DNA of 64,000 nt from Setoptus koraiensis (taxonomy: Eukaryota; Animalia; Arthropoda), in NCBI GenBank assembly GCA_048013815.1, contig CM106585.1, positions 19,406,001 through 19,470,000 of the forward strand, given 5' to 3'. The translations under genes and the position numbers were made by a program. The notes beneath the pieces were generated by a model. It made no database searches. It was not told the origin of the DNA and saw only the letters and a list, made by a program, of their open reading frames with translations. Positions 11,559-24,560 of the stretch are shown piece after piece. Numbering within the stretch: the first letter of the stretch is position 1; each line of letters begins with the position of its first letter.

Positions 11559-11949
11559 GTTTGTGGTTTTTCTGTTGTTTCTTTTTTTTTGGTATGTGCC
11601 TGGTATCGTTAATTTTAACCTTTTACTGTTCTGGTACTATACAATTTTCTATCAATCCAATCTAATTGATCAGATGAATCAATTTAGATGGCCAAGCAAC
11701 TCAATCAATTATCCAAATAATGGATTTTGACTAACGACTCCTCTACCGATGTGTGAAACAAGTCTTGAAAGTGTCAGATAATTACTACTTATATTACTGT
11801 TCAGCTCTAACTAGATCTACGACTGTCTGATTGGTGGATGAATCAAATCACTGATAAAATCTATCATTCAAGATTATCAATGTACTAATTAGTGATTAGT
11901 TTGACTTAGTAGCTGCTATTACATAGTATACTTTAACATTTCAGATGAG

Positions 11950-12940
11950 TGTTTAGTGATGACAAGTACATTCAGAGCTCTGAAAGAGGCACTGGAATCA
12001 GGATTATTAGTCGACTCAATGCCAATAATAATATCTTATCTGGAAAATTCGTTAATATTTCATCGATATTTCTCTTCAATTACATTTCAAAAGCGATATG
12101 TACATCCAAAATTCATTTACCTGAGAGAAAAATATCCATTAGAGTAGAACAAGTAACACTGAACAACATGGCCATGCCAGTGAGCCAGGCATATCGACAC
12201 CTCAATTTGTGTTAGCAAATTGAGTTTAAGCGCAATAAATTTTTTCATAAATCTTGCTGTGTTTTGTGTGGTCGATACGTAATTTACCAACAATCAAGTT
12301 ATTAGCAACAGATGAAAATTATGAACAGTTGATCTCAATTTGCACTGACAATGTTACAGGGAGCCGGTCTAGACTGCAAATATGCCAATATACTAGGCAA
12401 GGCAAGAAAATTTTTCCAACAAATCCGAGGTGAGTTTACACTTTTTTGCAAACTACTCTACCTCACTATTCATGGTTACTATCTTTGATTCAGTGGTATC
12501 AGATTACCAACCAATTACGTTGAACGTCATGCGGACCCGATTGAGAATATCTAGAAGCATCTGATGGAAATCATTGATGAGAGGTCCAAGAACCAAAGCC
12601 AAAAAAAGTTTCTATCAATGCTGGAAAACCTGCTCAGTCATGGGTGAGCCGTCCGGACTTTTTTGGATTGTTGGATCATTGGGACTCTCACCAATAATTT
12701 TCGCCAGATCCTTCTCGATATTCTCAATATGGTGCTTCGATATGCACCAATCAGTTTCTCTTTTTTCATTGACTCCAATCGTTTGAAGATATACGGCTCC
12801 TTGAATGTGATGCATGCTCTCGTTGGATTTGTGAAAAATTCGTCTTTTGCCATCTCGCCTCTTTCCGTAACTATTATGCCCTCACACTTTGCGTGATAAT
12901 TCGTGTAATAGCAGTACATGTCATTTGCAGTCTGATTCAT
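11950..12940. pseudogene. Possible decayed pair of inverted paralogous fragments of unknown origin
   Basis: Protein-like but stop-interrupted frames. + strand IENI*KHLMEIIDE matches - strand IENIEKDLAKIIGE (41/50 nt identical). Confidence 0.25.
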
Positions 12941-13592
12941 GTAATGTACACTTGATAAAATAATTCACGCGCCTCACATTCTTGTAGATTATTGGCTTAT
13001 CTTTGGGACTATTCACCGATTGAATATGTCGCGCGCTAGATTCATTCAGGCTCGATTATCTCCGGAATTCAGCTCATAATTTGAAATTCACTGTCATGGT
13101 GATAACTTGTCACTGATAAGTGACCGAAGGCATGCTTGCGTCATCTCTAGCTGCATCTTTGCTCGTTTTTTAGCAAACTGTTGTTGAGCTCGCCGACATA
13201 GATCTGGTGTCTTCATAGCTCAACAAGGAAAAAGATGGCGCAAGCATGAATTGAAATCGGGCTTCGAAACAAGTGTGAGCACTCAAAATTGAAATTCATG
13301 CCCGACAAGTTATGCTCGTTGGCCGTTACTTTATTCTAATTGTAACATGGTACACAAAAATGTAATCTATCTCTCGTGTATCAGCGACATATTGAGCCTA
13401 CCTAACAACCGCTAGAGGCACTTTAGCCGCTTCTAGAGCGCCAGTCGCCTGGAGACCAAACTGGCAAAAGTTGGCCTCCTCTAACTACTTTAGGGTTGCC
13501 CTTAAATGGTGCATGAAATTGGCGCTAGGTGGTGGTGCATGTGACGCAACATAAGCATGTCTAGTTTATTATCACGGGGGTTCAGACCGTGG

Positions 13593-13618
13593 CGCAACTA
13601 CAGCAGCGGCAACAACAG

Positions 13619-13676
<58 letters not shown>

Positions 13677-13740
13677 AGCAACAACAACATCAACGGCAGC
13701 AACAACAACAACGGCAACGACAGCAGCAACGGCAACGACA
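13593..13740. repeat. (AAC/AGC)n trinucleotide microsatellite
   Basis: Direct reading of the sequence. Confidence 0.9.
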
Positions 13741-16669
13741 AACATGCTCTTGGTTGTTTCATGCGTTGATTATTGGAATAATGATAGTGGCGGCGGCGGT
13801 CATCGTGGCAAAACTGGAGCCCACCACACAACAATAGCGGCGCGAGCAAGCGCCTAATGAGCATATCGTGAGTCGGTGGTCATTCTTTCAATTTTGCAAG
13901 TATTCTCACCTGAGCACCTTGGCTGTTTGGGCTGAAAAATCATTAACTTTATTTGTGTGAGCGAGCGAGCGAGCACTAACGGTGAGTAGTTTTCGCTGGC
14001 TTTCGCGTGGCCGGACTGCCGGCCACACAAGCCGGCCTATCAGGCACTATCTGAAACTGACCACTCGAATAGATAGATGGCAAATGGAAGTTAATGATGA
14101 CATCACAAGATTAGTGAGTGGAGTGCAGCGAAAATGGGCGTCAGCCACGCGATAGACGCGGCACGTTGCCGCTGTGAATACATCGCGATATAGCCGCTCA
14201 TAGCAGCGGCTCAAATATACTTACAAATATACAGCGCAGTGTGTGCCGTCGGTTAGGCATAAATAAATTGCCAACAACGAAGAGCGGCGCAACGAAGCCA
14301 ATTGAAATTGCAATATTATGTAATATAATGTCTAATGTCCGCTGGAAATGGACTGGAAACTTGACTGCGCTTTCACTTCTTACAGCGCGCTTATTTTGGC
14401 GCCCGCCGGCCAATAGTTATCGGCCGCCAGTAGTTATCAAAAGCCGCTCAGGTACGCAAGTGGACGCAACACGATAAAGATGAATGCCACAGCCATACAT
14501 CACGCGAAAAGCATGCCCGCGTAAAGCGCGTCAGTTTGCTAGCTCGCCAGTTGATGTGTGGTCACGATGTGTAACAACTGACTGATTTTTCATTAATTAA
14601 GACGACACTCGAAAGATGTTGCGTCGGTCGTTGTTCGCTGCTGCTGGCTCGAGCAACTGACACCGGTGAGTTACTGGCAGCAGCAGCGGGCCCCAAACGA
14701 CTTGCGATGGCGATTTGCAACTCGAAAATCAAATTGATGATCCGGCTTAACAATGGAGGCTGCGGCCTGGCACGAATCTCGCACGAGTCGCAAGGTGTCC
14801 GCGAGCGGGCTCGGGCAAGCCAGAGTTGCACCGGACAAATAGCACGAAAAGCTGCGCGCCATTAACAAAGTCAGGCCACTTCGCCCGTGTCACACGCGTT
14901 TGAAGCACGCGCGTAACAATTGCCACGTGCTAATAATCATATCCGATTATCTCTTTGTAGTTGGTGACACTAACTTTTTCGCTGCTTTCGGGCCCCACTG
15001 GCTGGGGCTCACTGTGGGGCCTCACTGTGAGCTCCAGCAGTGTCAGTGGCATGAATTCGCATACAGAGACAATGCACGGAGCCCACAATAATAGAATTAA
15101 CACAGGCACAAGTTCACCTAGCGAAAACAAAACCATTCTGGTGACTTTGTGTGGGCCCCAACGAGCGACTGAATACGCTGCCTACGAACTGTCGTCAGAC
15201 CGGACAACGACCGACGCGAGATAACGGAACTGAACTTGAGCTGGCTCTTGACGGCACTGGCTGGATGGTGCCAGCGGATCTGGCAAGCACGACAAGCCGG
15301 GCTTGTGCGCTGTGCCCAGATTAAATTGGAACGGAAATTGAAAATTGTCCAACTCAGACTGTGTGAATAAGTCTGGCTGGCGCACAGTAGCGCCACACCA
15401 GCCGCCACGGATCGGGCCTCAGATATCTGGTCTCGGATATCTGGCCCATGCCGTATCGCGCCGTATCGAGCCGCGCCTGGGTCAGTGATCAACATTATGG
15501 AGGCCCATTTTGCCAGTCAATTATCCTCTGGCTCTGGCTCTGGCTCTGGCGCGGGCGCATACTCTCGGCACTCGGTCAGTATTGTTCTATGGGACTGTTT
15601 GGGCTCGTTGCAATATTGTTGTCGGAGCCGATCTATGCCATCTGCTGCTTCTGTTGGTCGCCGGCAGTCGATAGATTGGACTGGATAAGCCCGAGTTCAA
15701 TCCATCTATTTTCTAATCATTTGCCACCGCGCCACATATGACAGGACTTGTCATTAACGTCGTGAATGGTCGGCCGATCATTCAATGGTCAATGGATGCT
15801 GGCTGACGTTGTGGGGGCGGCCACAATTTGCCAATCAGTTGAGCCGATCAAAATGTTTGCCAATACCAATGCAAATGCCGTTAACATCTCTATTGGACAG
15901 CTGTTTGGTTGACACGAGACACGCTTTTGATCGTCAGCAAACCATCAGCATCAACGATCGCTTTCTACCTTGATACTTGTAAAAATAGCCAACATTGCAT
16001 TGTTTTCTGCTTCTACTGAGAATAATAGCAACATTATAATAATATCGTATCAAACAGTAAAAGAGAATGACCAACTAATTACCATGATGCGTTACATCAT
16101 ACTTTCGATCAATGTCGGAAATGTGTTTCGAGAGTTGCGCTGGCACGTCAACAATGTTTGATCGCTCATGAATACATTGCGCACAATGGACATTTATAAC
16201 AATATTGGTTTGGGCCGGCCCAGTTTTCATAGTCTCCTATGGCTGCGCATTTTGGGGCCTAATACGATACAACCGACAAGATTCGATGTGGGCGAGGTGG
16301 AGCAAAAATGAGTCTACAAACGTCTGATCGAAACAACTATTCATGCATCAAGAATAGCGGTCACTCGGTTTGAAAACTCAATAATGATGATCGTTGGATT
16401 GCAACCGTTGAAATGAGCGAAACAGAAGGGAAACGATAAAGAGAAACGACGCCGGATGTTGAGTAAAATGTTGTCAGCTACTTATAATTTGTATTTATTA
16501 ATATGTTGTTTCATTCTTTGGGACTTGCGTGGTATGTGCACACTATTGTACTGAATGAGCATGTGTAACAAAATAAGAGGGACTTGATTGTCTCAATACA
16601 ATTCAAATACAACACACATCCGATGTGATGATGTGACATGATCCCAAAGTGTGAGCTATATCGTCGTCA

Positions 16670-17074
16670 TCAAGGCACAGCAAGATCCCCAGCACAGTAA
16701 CCTAAATACTTATCTATGATTAAGAGGTTAAATGTAGCTGCAATTATTGCAAACAATAGTAGTATATTGTTTGATTGTGTTGTAAAAAATTTACATGATG
16801 AACTAGAATGGTGGTGTATATTGTGATAGTTGCTTGATTGTTGCTGAAAACGATTCCTTTGTTGGTCAACAATATTCATTTTGCGCTCCATAGCCACAGA
16901 TTTGAAAGTTTCCTCAATTAGAGCCTCGCATTTAAAATTTCCACCTGAATTTAGATTAACATTGCTAAGGGTGACTATTCGATCAGTGGAGCGTAACAAA
17001 TCTACATGAATGCCCTCCATTCTGAACGCTTGTTTCCTTTCCTCTATCCTCTCGCTGGGCAAGAATCTATAGAA
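16670..17074 (-). CDS. Beat (beaten path)-like Ig protein, exon 3
   Basis: FYRFLPSER...FRMEGIHVDLLRSTDRIVTLSNVNLNSGGNFKCEALIEETF matches the Beat Ig1 consensus. Acceptor acgcAG at 17076-17075. Ends in a hydrophobic C-terminal tail. Confidence 0.85.
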   Translation of the reverse strand, partial: FYRFLPSERIEERKQAFRMEGIHVDLLRSTDRIVTLSNVNLNSGGNFKCEALIEETFKSVAMERKMNIVDQQRNRFQQQSSNYHNIHHHSSSSCKFFTTQSNNILLLFAIIAATFNLLIIDKYLGYCAGDLAVP

Positions 17075-17271
17075 CTGCGTTTAGTGTATTATGTGAGTAT
17101 TTAGTGTATTATGTGAGTATTTAGTGGCATTGTGGCACGCGTTTGCGAGCATTTAATTGAAGAGTTTATTCGTTTAGAATAGCGCCCGAGACGACAACAA
17201 TTCACTGTGATAAATGCGTTTTGATATTTTCATTGCATGCAATTTTCAATATGTGCTCAATATTAGCTTAC

Positions 17272-17417
17272 CTCTTTGCCGTCTCTGTACCATTTAAGCG
17301 CGTACAATTTCTCGTTATGAGACAGGTCGTAGTGGCAGGTGAGTGTGGCATTGTCGCCTATTTTCAGCATTGTGGGCACATCAACTCGTCTCAGGGTTAT
17401 TGACAGGGCCATTCTTG
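17272..17417 (-). CDS. Beat-like Ig protein, exon 2 (not in ORF track)
   Basis: Translates ARMALSITLRRVDVPTMLKIGDNATLTCHYDLSHNEKLYALKWYRDGKE. Acceptor ccccAG, donor GAG|GTAAGC; phases fit exons 1 and 3. Confidence 0.9.
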
Positions 17418-18017
17418 CTGGGGTTTTTTTTCGGGTGTTTGGCGAAATGTTTACGAAGCGTCCACAGGCACCGAATTGAGCAATGGAGGCCAGCAGTTAT
17501 GGTTACATAAGAGGGAAAATAAAAGAGCACAGTCGATTGTTGAAACGGGTGAGATTCGGTGAGATTCGGCGAGATTCGGTGAAATTTGGCCAGAGTGACT
17601 GGGCCGGCCTCACAAAAGGCGAGCTAATGTGATCTGGATGTAAACCAGTGAGTTGTCGAGCAGAGACAGAGAGCGCGAGCGAGCGAGTTTTCTGAGTTTT
17701 CTGGGCCATTAGTGAACACCGATCGAGCCTCATTCCTATATGCATTATACGTGCCAAGTGTATACTTTTCTTGACTTCAATTACGTCATTACATCCTCGC
17801 ATACAACTTAGTTATCTGGGCGCCATAGTCTATTCAATTGTGCCGAAAGACGAACAGGAAAGTGTCAACTGGCAGCATTTACATTAATATTATTCTACTT
17901 CTTTCGTTCGGCTTCTTTCTCTCTCTCTCTGTTTCTCTTATGCCACGACTTATTCTCCTAACAGGTGAGTGTGCCTATGTCAACATTCAATCAGCGCTGG
18001 GTGGCATTTACAGAGTT

Positions 18018-18018
<1 letters not shown>

Positions 18019-18062
<44 letters not shown>
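18019..18062. repeat. (CA)22 microsatellite
   Basis: Direct reading. Confidence 0.95.
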
Positions 18063-18063
<1 letters not shown>

Positions 18064-19287
18064 TTTACATCGCAATAGTGGGCATTATGTTGACACAAGC
18101 TGACATGGTCTGGCTAATGTGTCAGGTAATAAGAAGAACATAACCATCGGAAACACCAAATGACAACAACAATGGTTTGTGATTATATATTCAACATTGG
18201 CTGACAATCATCATTGGCCTACATCAAGTTGCCAGTTGGCTGGCGAGTTGGCGGCATCTGTGGATCTGAGTTGCGCCAGTCACTTACAGGCCGGGCCCCA
18301 TTCAATGAGTGGGCCCAGCACACAGAGCTGTTTGTGTGCTGCTAGAATGAAAACCATTCTAAGCCAAATCGCTGTTTTGTTTGTTCTGGGCCCCATTCTC
18401 GAGCCGGTCGGCGCGACTCGCTGCGAGCCGGTCGGCGCGACTCGATGCGAGCCGGTCGACGAGGATAATTTGTCAGGGCAAGCAACGCATCGGGCAACTC
18501 GGCTAAATCGAATATCAGTCAGCAGCAGTGGGCTCAGTTGCGAGCGAACAGTCGACGACTTGTAGCTGTGATTAGCTAATGAATACGTAATCAGTTTATC
18601 GCATCCACTGTTGGCTCTCTATTATTATTTCTGTTATTATTTCTTCGCTTCTTTGTAAATGCTGCCAAATCTAATGCCATTGTAGCCTCATACATGGGCG
18701 CTTGTGCTTGTCTATTGACAATGACAAAAGATAACTGTCTATCAAAGCGATGTGCCAATGATGTTGCCAGCAAAACTTGCTTTTCTGCCAGTATATCGGC
18801 CAGAAATCTTTTTCTCCAACTTGGCTGTATATGTGTGTACGTGTGTACGTGGCTCAATATCATCGTGTCGCCAGGCAAGCTGACAATATAATAATAACTG
18901 ATAATATTATCGCTGGCAAGGCCACAAATTGCTCTGGCACATCGCACATTGTTTATCTGTTCACCTACGACACAATAATGACAATATGCGCCTATGCGCC
19001 AATGATTAACCCTCTTGACTCGACACTTGCCGTTCTCTGTCCTATCGAGTCGTAACAATTGCAACAATCGACACACAACCAACGACAACGATTTTGGCGG
19101 GCCCCATAATTCTATTGGGCCAATTTAGCCCATGGTCAGGCAACGTCTATTGTGTGCCAGCCCGCTCGAGCGCAATCTAATTTTTAGGCTTATTAGCACC
19201 CTCAATAGCACTCATAACAATGGCTACTCGATGTGAGCCGATGATGGTAAAAATGTTCAACCAACGCACAGCAGTATGGTCACTCAC

Positions 19288-19708
19288 CTATAGTTAATAT
19301 GACAAACAATTGCAGTATTGTATTGATAATCCAGTTGTTGCTGTTTTTCGTGTAACTGGACATGCTGATAAATTGTGTATTTCTTGTGCCTCGGTTTATG
19401 TTTCGAGTTCCTTCTTTGTTACTGGGCCGATCATCGCTCAATGGCTGTCGATTATGTCCATTTAACGCCGGACAGTCTCGCCTGGGTTTTATCCTCGTTA
19501 CGATTCTATTATTTCTACTAATTAAAATTTCACGCACTGATCCGGTGTGAATTTTACTTCGGTCCATTGCAACAATAGCCTTGTTATGCTCCATTGATTC
19601 CATAGTGTGAACGGCTCTGCTATTGCTTCGTCGTCCACTAAACTGGCTTAAAATTTGGGATATTTCTGAAGAAAAAAAAAGTTCGGGGAGATAAGATAAA
19701 ACATACAT
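19288..19708 (-). CDS. Beat-like Ig protein, exon 1 (start codon uncertain: 19708 or 19363)
   Basis: ORF ends ...WIINTILQLFVILTI then ATAG|GTGAGT. Phase-1 join to exon 2 gives a signal-peptide-like segment. Confidence 0.6.
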
Positions 19709-20095
19709 GGCTCGTTTTAGTCTATGAGAAAGAATACATCGTGCGCTTCAATCTCTTTTTGGCATGTCAAAACAATGAATATATTTTCACCAAAAGTGAC
19801 ACTCTCGCAATTATTAGCAAATCTCACTCAATAACAACAACTCAATGAAGCTTTATAGGACACTACAATCTATGGGCCGATCGGTGCCGATCGACGCAAT
19901 TATTTCTTTCCACTCGCTGAAGGATTTTCAGAGAAAATCATAATCGATACTACAATTAACAGCACTATCGATGGCCTTCGAAAGTGTTGGAAAAAAGTGC
20001 TTTTCGTCTCGAATGAGATGCAAAATATGCCCATTCTGCAAGATGGTCAAGTCATCTGTTCTAGAAGCAATATTTGTTGAATTTGCCCATGATCG

Positions 20096-20605
20096 TTGAC
20101 CACTAAACAAAAATTTCGGTTTATAAGGCTTATATATAGTATGAGCACAGTGCAAATAGTTACCTATGGCTTGCTGGGGTGTCTCGATTTCTTAAAAAAA
20201 AAAACTCTTCGCTGTTCATGTCGACACCACTCAGGGCTCGATATCAAAAATGGAAGCATAAGTGCTCCTTATTCGTTCGGAAAGTATCGTCACTCTCCCT
20301 TCATGTTCCAATATGAATTGTCCGACAAAACAATCAGATATGCAGTGCAAAACTATCACACTGATCAAAGAATGCAATGTAATCGTTTTGACATTTTAAT
20401 TGAACTACCGAAAACTCCATTCTATACCATTATCCGCCATTCATTCAACTGTACGCCATCTCAACTAGATGAAGATATGTATGAGTCGCTTATGCTTTTT
20501 ATCTTCGTTTTATTCTCTCTGCCAGTTGAGTTGTTATGGCTCAATAGACTTGCACTCAATCTATTCAGAGAGCTATCTCTCAGCTTGCCCATCTTCAAGA
20601 TTTAG
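20096..20605 (+). CDS. Unknown 169-aa ORF, no recognisable homology
   Basis: Normal-complexity ORF in AT-rich sequence with a C-terminal hydrophobic stretch. May be spurious or a pseudogene. Confidence 0.2.
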   Translation: MTTKQKFRFIRLIYSMSTVQIVTYGLLGCLDFLKKKTLRCSCRHHSGLDIKNGSISAPYSFGKYRHSPFMFQYELSDKTIRYAVQNYHTDQRMQCNRFDILIELPKTPFYTIIRHSFNCTPSQLDEDMYESLMLFIFVLFSLPVELLWLNRLALNLFRELSLSLPIFKI

Positions 20606-23600
20606 CTCAGCGGACGCGAATCACTATAGGCCAACACTGACGGCGCCCCAAGGAAATCATCAGCAGTCGGACAACCAGCAGTCGGCTAGCCTAATTTATC
20701 TGCTAGCCATAGTGAAAGAAATCAACAATCAATTCAGCGTTCAACTAGCTGGTCTCGTGATAGCAACTCCAGATTATCAACACAACAAGAACCGGAACAA
20801 GCGGTAATAATATAATAATGGTTAATCAGATCGGATTGCTTGTGCCTTTGCTACTTTTAATACACTTATAATATCTTCTGGAATAAGGTAATTTATTAGT
20901 TGGTGTGTGTATTGTTGTTTGTGTATGGGGCGCCTTTTGAATAGCTGCAAAAATGGATAACAAGGCTACGGTTTAGATCGCTATCTCCTATTTGTATGGT
21001 TATAAATAATTGAGAGCGAGCCAACGAATTCATTAGTCTCTATAACTTGTAAGCATACTCGTCATATGCAGATTATCCAATGATCGCCTGATACACCGAC
21101 ACAATTCACCAACGAGTCATCATTAGTATTGTTGAGCTGATCTGTTTCTGCTACCACTTTTATTGTTTCGATCATGATTGCATTTGCCAAATCGAATCGA
21201 TACACTCTGTAAAAGAGTGACGAAAAAAGCCAGTGGCCCGAACATTTGGCGTTTGGCTTCGAAGTCTCGATTGCGCAATAATGTAGCATTCTAATGGGTC
21301 GTTTGAAACTTTATTATGATTACATTAATCTGCCCACTAACCGTGCTGTCACAGTGCACAGTATATCTGGCCCCCCTTTTGCATGCGATTTCGTAGGTGC
21401 TCGTTGTGGTCGTTCGCTATTTGAACTATTCGAAAATTGATACCATGAATTGTAGAGATTTAATAGAAATTTCGAGCGCGTAGAAAAATTTGAAATGCGC
21501 GTTATTGGCTCGATGTGTGGCCGAAAAGAAGACCGAAAACAACCGAAATAGACTGGCCCTGGGCCGCTGATCCCGAAGCGTTTGAATGATGAAAATCGTG
21601 GCGACGATATTTCATAAAGTGAATTTCGGACATGTTCAAATTGGAACAACAGCGGCCAGCTTCGCCGATAATTGATGCAACGTTAGTTAAGTCAATGTGA
21701 GCGGGCTGTCCCATGCAAATGTGCAACTCAAGAATGTGCAATCAGAGAGAATTTCGTCGATTTCGGGCATGTCCAGTGCCGAGAATTGTTCAAAATCCCG
21801 GGCGAAGGACATACGAGTCACATGATACGAGAGTTTGTGTTCGATTGAGCATTGATTTTCGGCCTCATACACACACACACACACACACACGAGCACGGAC
21901 ACAAGGCTAGAAACGTCGTTGGATGGAGGAAAAAGAGGATTTTCCGCGAGACCGTCTAGACAGACGGTATAATTCTCAAGAGGCCGACAACCATTTGTGG
22001 CGCTTTATTGTGCATGCTCTGGTTGTGTGACTCTGGTCTAACTAACGCATAGAGACGCTGTGTTGTGGAAATAGCAAGAATCGGAAGCAACCTTGTGCCA
22101 GAATAGATAGATGGGCGCATTGGATTGACTTTGCAAGCGAACGTATTTGCTTAATCATGCATAGAATTGGCATGATCTAATGCACATTTGAATGCATGAT
22201 AGAAGAGGAAAAACAGTTGCAGTGGCCCCAAAGAATATAAAGGAGCAAGCGAGTGCGATAAGATGTATGACTGGGCGCTGCCTTAAAAAGTAAATCACGA
22301 CGACCAGCCACACAGTTTTTTTTTGCAAACCATCCAGCGGTTTGCCTCATCGCGGGCCTCACTCAACTATGGCGACCAATGACTGACCAGTGGCCAGTTC
22401 TGTTGGCAGTGGCCGTTGGCCGTTGCGAGTCCCAAGTCCGAAGTCCGAAGTTCGGACACAATTGGACAGTGGCAGCATCGCTCACAAAGAGGGCACACAT
22501 TATTTTGCAAAGATAGCCGACGAGATTGGTCAATTGGCGTTGGCGGAGATGGTCGAGTTGGCCTGGCCGGCAGCGATGTGAGCAACGGTGAATAATCAAA
22601 TAAAGAGGCCAAAGAGACGAGCAAAAGAAGAAACAAAAACAACAGAGAGAAAGAGAAAAAAGGAGCCAGCAAAAATTAGGGGGCCGCCTCTTGGTATGTT
22701 GGCTGCAAATGTATTCGGTGTTTATAGACTGCATCGGTGGGGCCGGCGAGCGAGCCATTGGGGGCGAGGGGCACGAGCAAAAGTGGAGCATCATGTTGTT
22801 GAAATGTGTTCCTAGATCAAATGTCGTCACACAACAACATACTTGACCAGTTCATTTGTTTGTTTTCTTTTCATCCTATTTGCCTCATCGACCACCGACG
22901 ACTGTGATTTTCGTGTCGTGTCGTCCAGCCCGAGAGTCACTTCATTAAATTTGATCAAGTCCTCGCGCTGGCGGCCGCCCGCAATTGGCCAATCCGACCA
23001 AACAGAGTCAGCCATCGAAATGGGGCCTCCAGTCACTGGAGTCCAGTGTGCGGCTGGTCCGAATCGGCGGCGAACCAGGCAGCCAGCCGAAACAAAGATG
23101 TCGGTTGTTTTTTGGTCACGGATCTCTTGCGTCGTCGATGATGTTACATGCTTGGCCCACTGACCACTGGCCACTGGCCACTGGCGCACTGGCACGGGCA
23201 CTAGCTTGCACAAAGTGCACTCAGGCAGTAGATGATGACAACAATTAATACTAAGATGCCACCACTAGACAACTGGTGGTGGTAATGAACGACAGCGACA
23301 ATCTCTGTCCAATGGACGGTGGCACCAACAACTGGCCAGTTGTGGGGCCAACTCGAGCGCTTCAGCGCAAGCCGGGATATACACAAGCCGGGATATACAC
23401 AAGTCGGGATATAAAAGCATAAATAAAGTCGGCGAGCGAGATATAATCTTATGATAATAATCTAATCATAAATGACTGTGCGCAATATTTCAACTGGCAA
23501 CGTATCGGCATGTAACAAGGGGCCCCTGGTCGAGAGGAAACAGCCGAACAGTTATTGTTGCAACATTGTATCGACCGTTAGAACAGTTGTTGTGCAGCAG

Positions 23601-24475
23601 CATTGTTGTTGTAGTATGACAAACAACACTGGCAACAAACAAAACAGCGACCAATCGAGACCAAACGATCGGCTGCCGATTGTTGGCGGAATTTTTCGCC
23701 GATTTTCATCGCTTGTTTTCTGTACTTCCACTGATTGGGCGTGCATTGGCATTTGGGGTCCGAAAAAGATTTCGCGTGGATGAACTTTTTTCGGGCTCTC
23801 ATTTTCACAACAGATTGGGCTGCTTTCGGTGATGAAGAGCGGAGATTTCGCGAAACAATCTGCAAACTTGCAGCCTCTAGTGAGACAGAAAAACTGTTCT
23901 CAGTCACAGCATCTGGCATTCGATTCTGTCTAGGAATCTATCGCCATTGTTTGCCATCGCACAAATTTTTTGAATTTGTCTAGGTGATAAAATGTGTACT
24001 CTAGGTGTGTTGAATCGTCGCCGATTGTGACCTGCCAGCGACGCCAGCAACGGGCCACTGCCGGTGCCAGTGGCGAGCCCGAAAATGGTTTCGAAGGTGA
24101 GAGTCGCGGCCAGAATATCCGCGCTCGACTTTTTCCGCTGCCAATCGGCCAACGCAACCCAGTGGCTACAACCCGAAACAACTTTTGATGTTATTATAGA
24201 TAACAAGAGAGACATGTGCTCCAGCGGACTGCATCAACGCAACGCAGGCTGTGTCTCAGACTGTCGCTCAATGTTGGCGCTACTTGTGCCTACTTTCCGA
24301 CTTCCGGTCCAGCAACTTCCGGCTGGCAACTTCTTTCTAGTGTTGATAGTGGCTGGTGTTGTTCGTGTACAAAGTGTGCTGTCGAATGTGTTGTGTTGAG
24401 CACACAGCATTGTTGAAGTTGAATTGGATCATAACACAATCATTAGATTAGCATGTGTTGTGTTGCGCGTCGCCG

Positions 24476-24560
24476 TTGTTGTTGTTGTTGTTGTTGTTGC
24501 TGGTGTTGTTGCTGTTGCTGGTGTTGTTGCTGCTGGTGTTGTTGTTGCTGTTGCTGTTGT
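24476..24560. repeat. (GTT/GCT)n microsatellite
   Basis: Direct reading. Confidence 0.85.

Noticed and set aside
13557-13864. Poly-Q, poly-N and poly-L ORFs (also near 24424-24786, 28471-28836, 53455-53734)
   Set aside because: Stop-free by-products of AAC/AGC microsatellites, with no domain or splice support.
21363-21440. PFACDFVGARCGRS resembling the start of a C2H2 finger
   Set aside because: No His pair follows and the frame is broken by stops; insufficient evidence.
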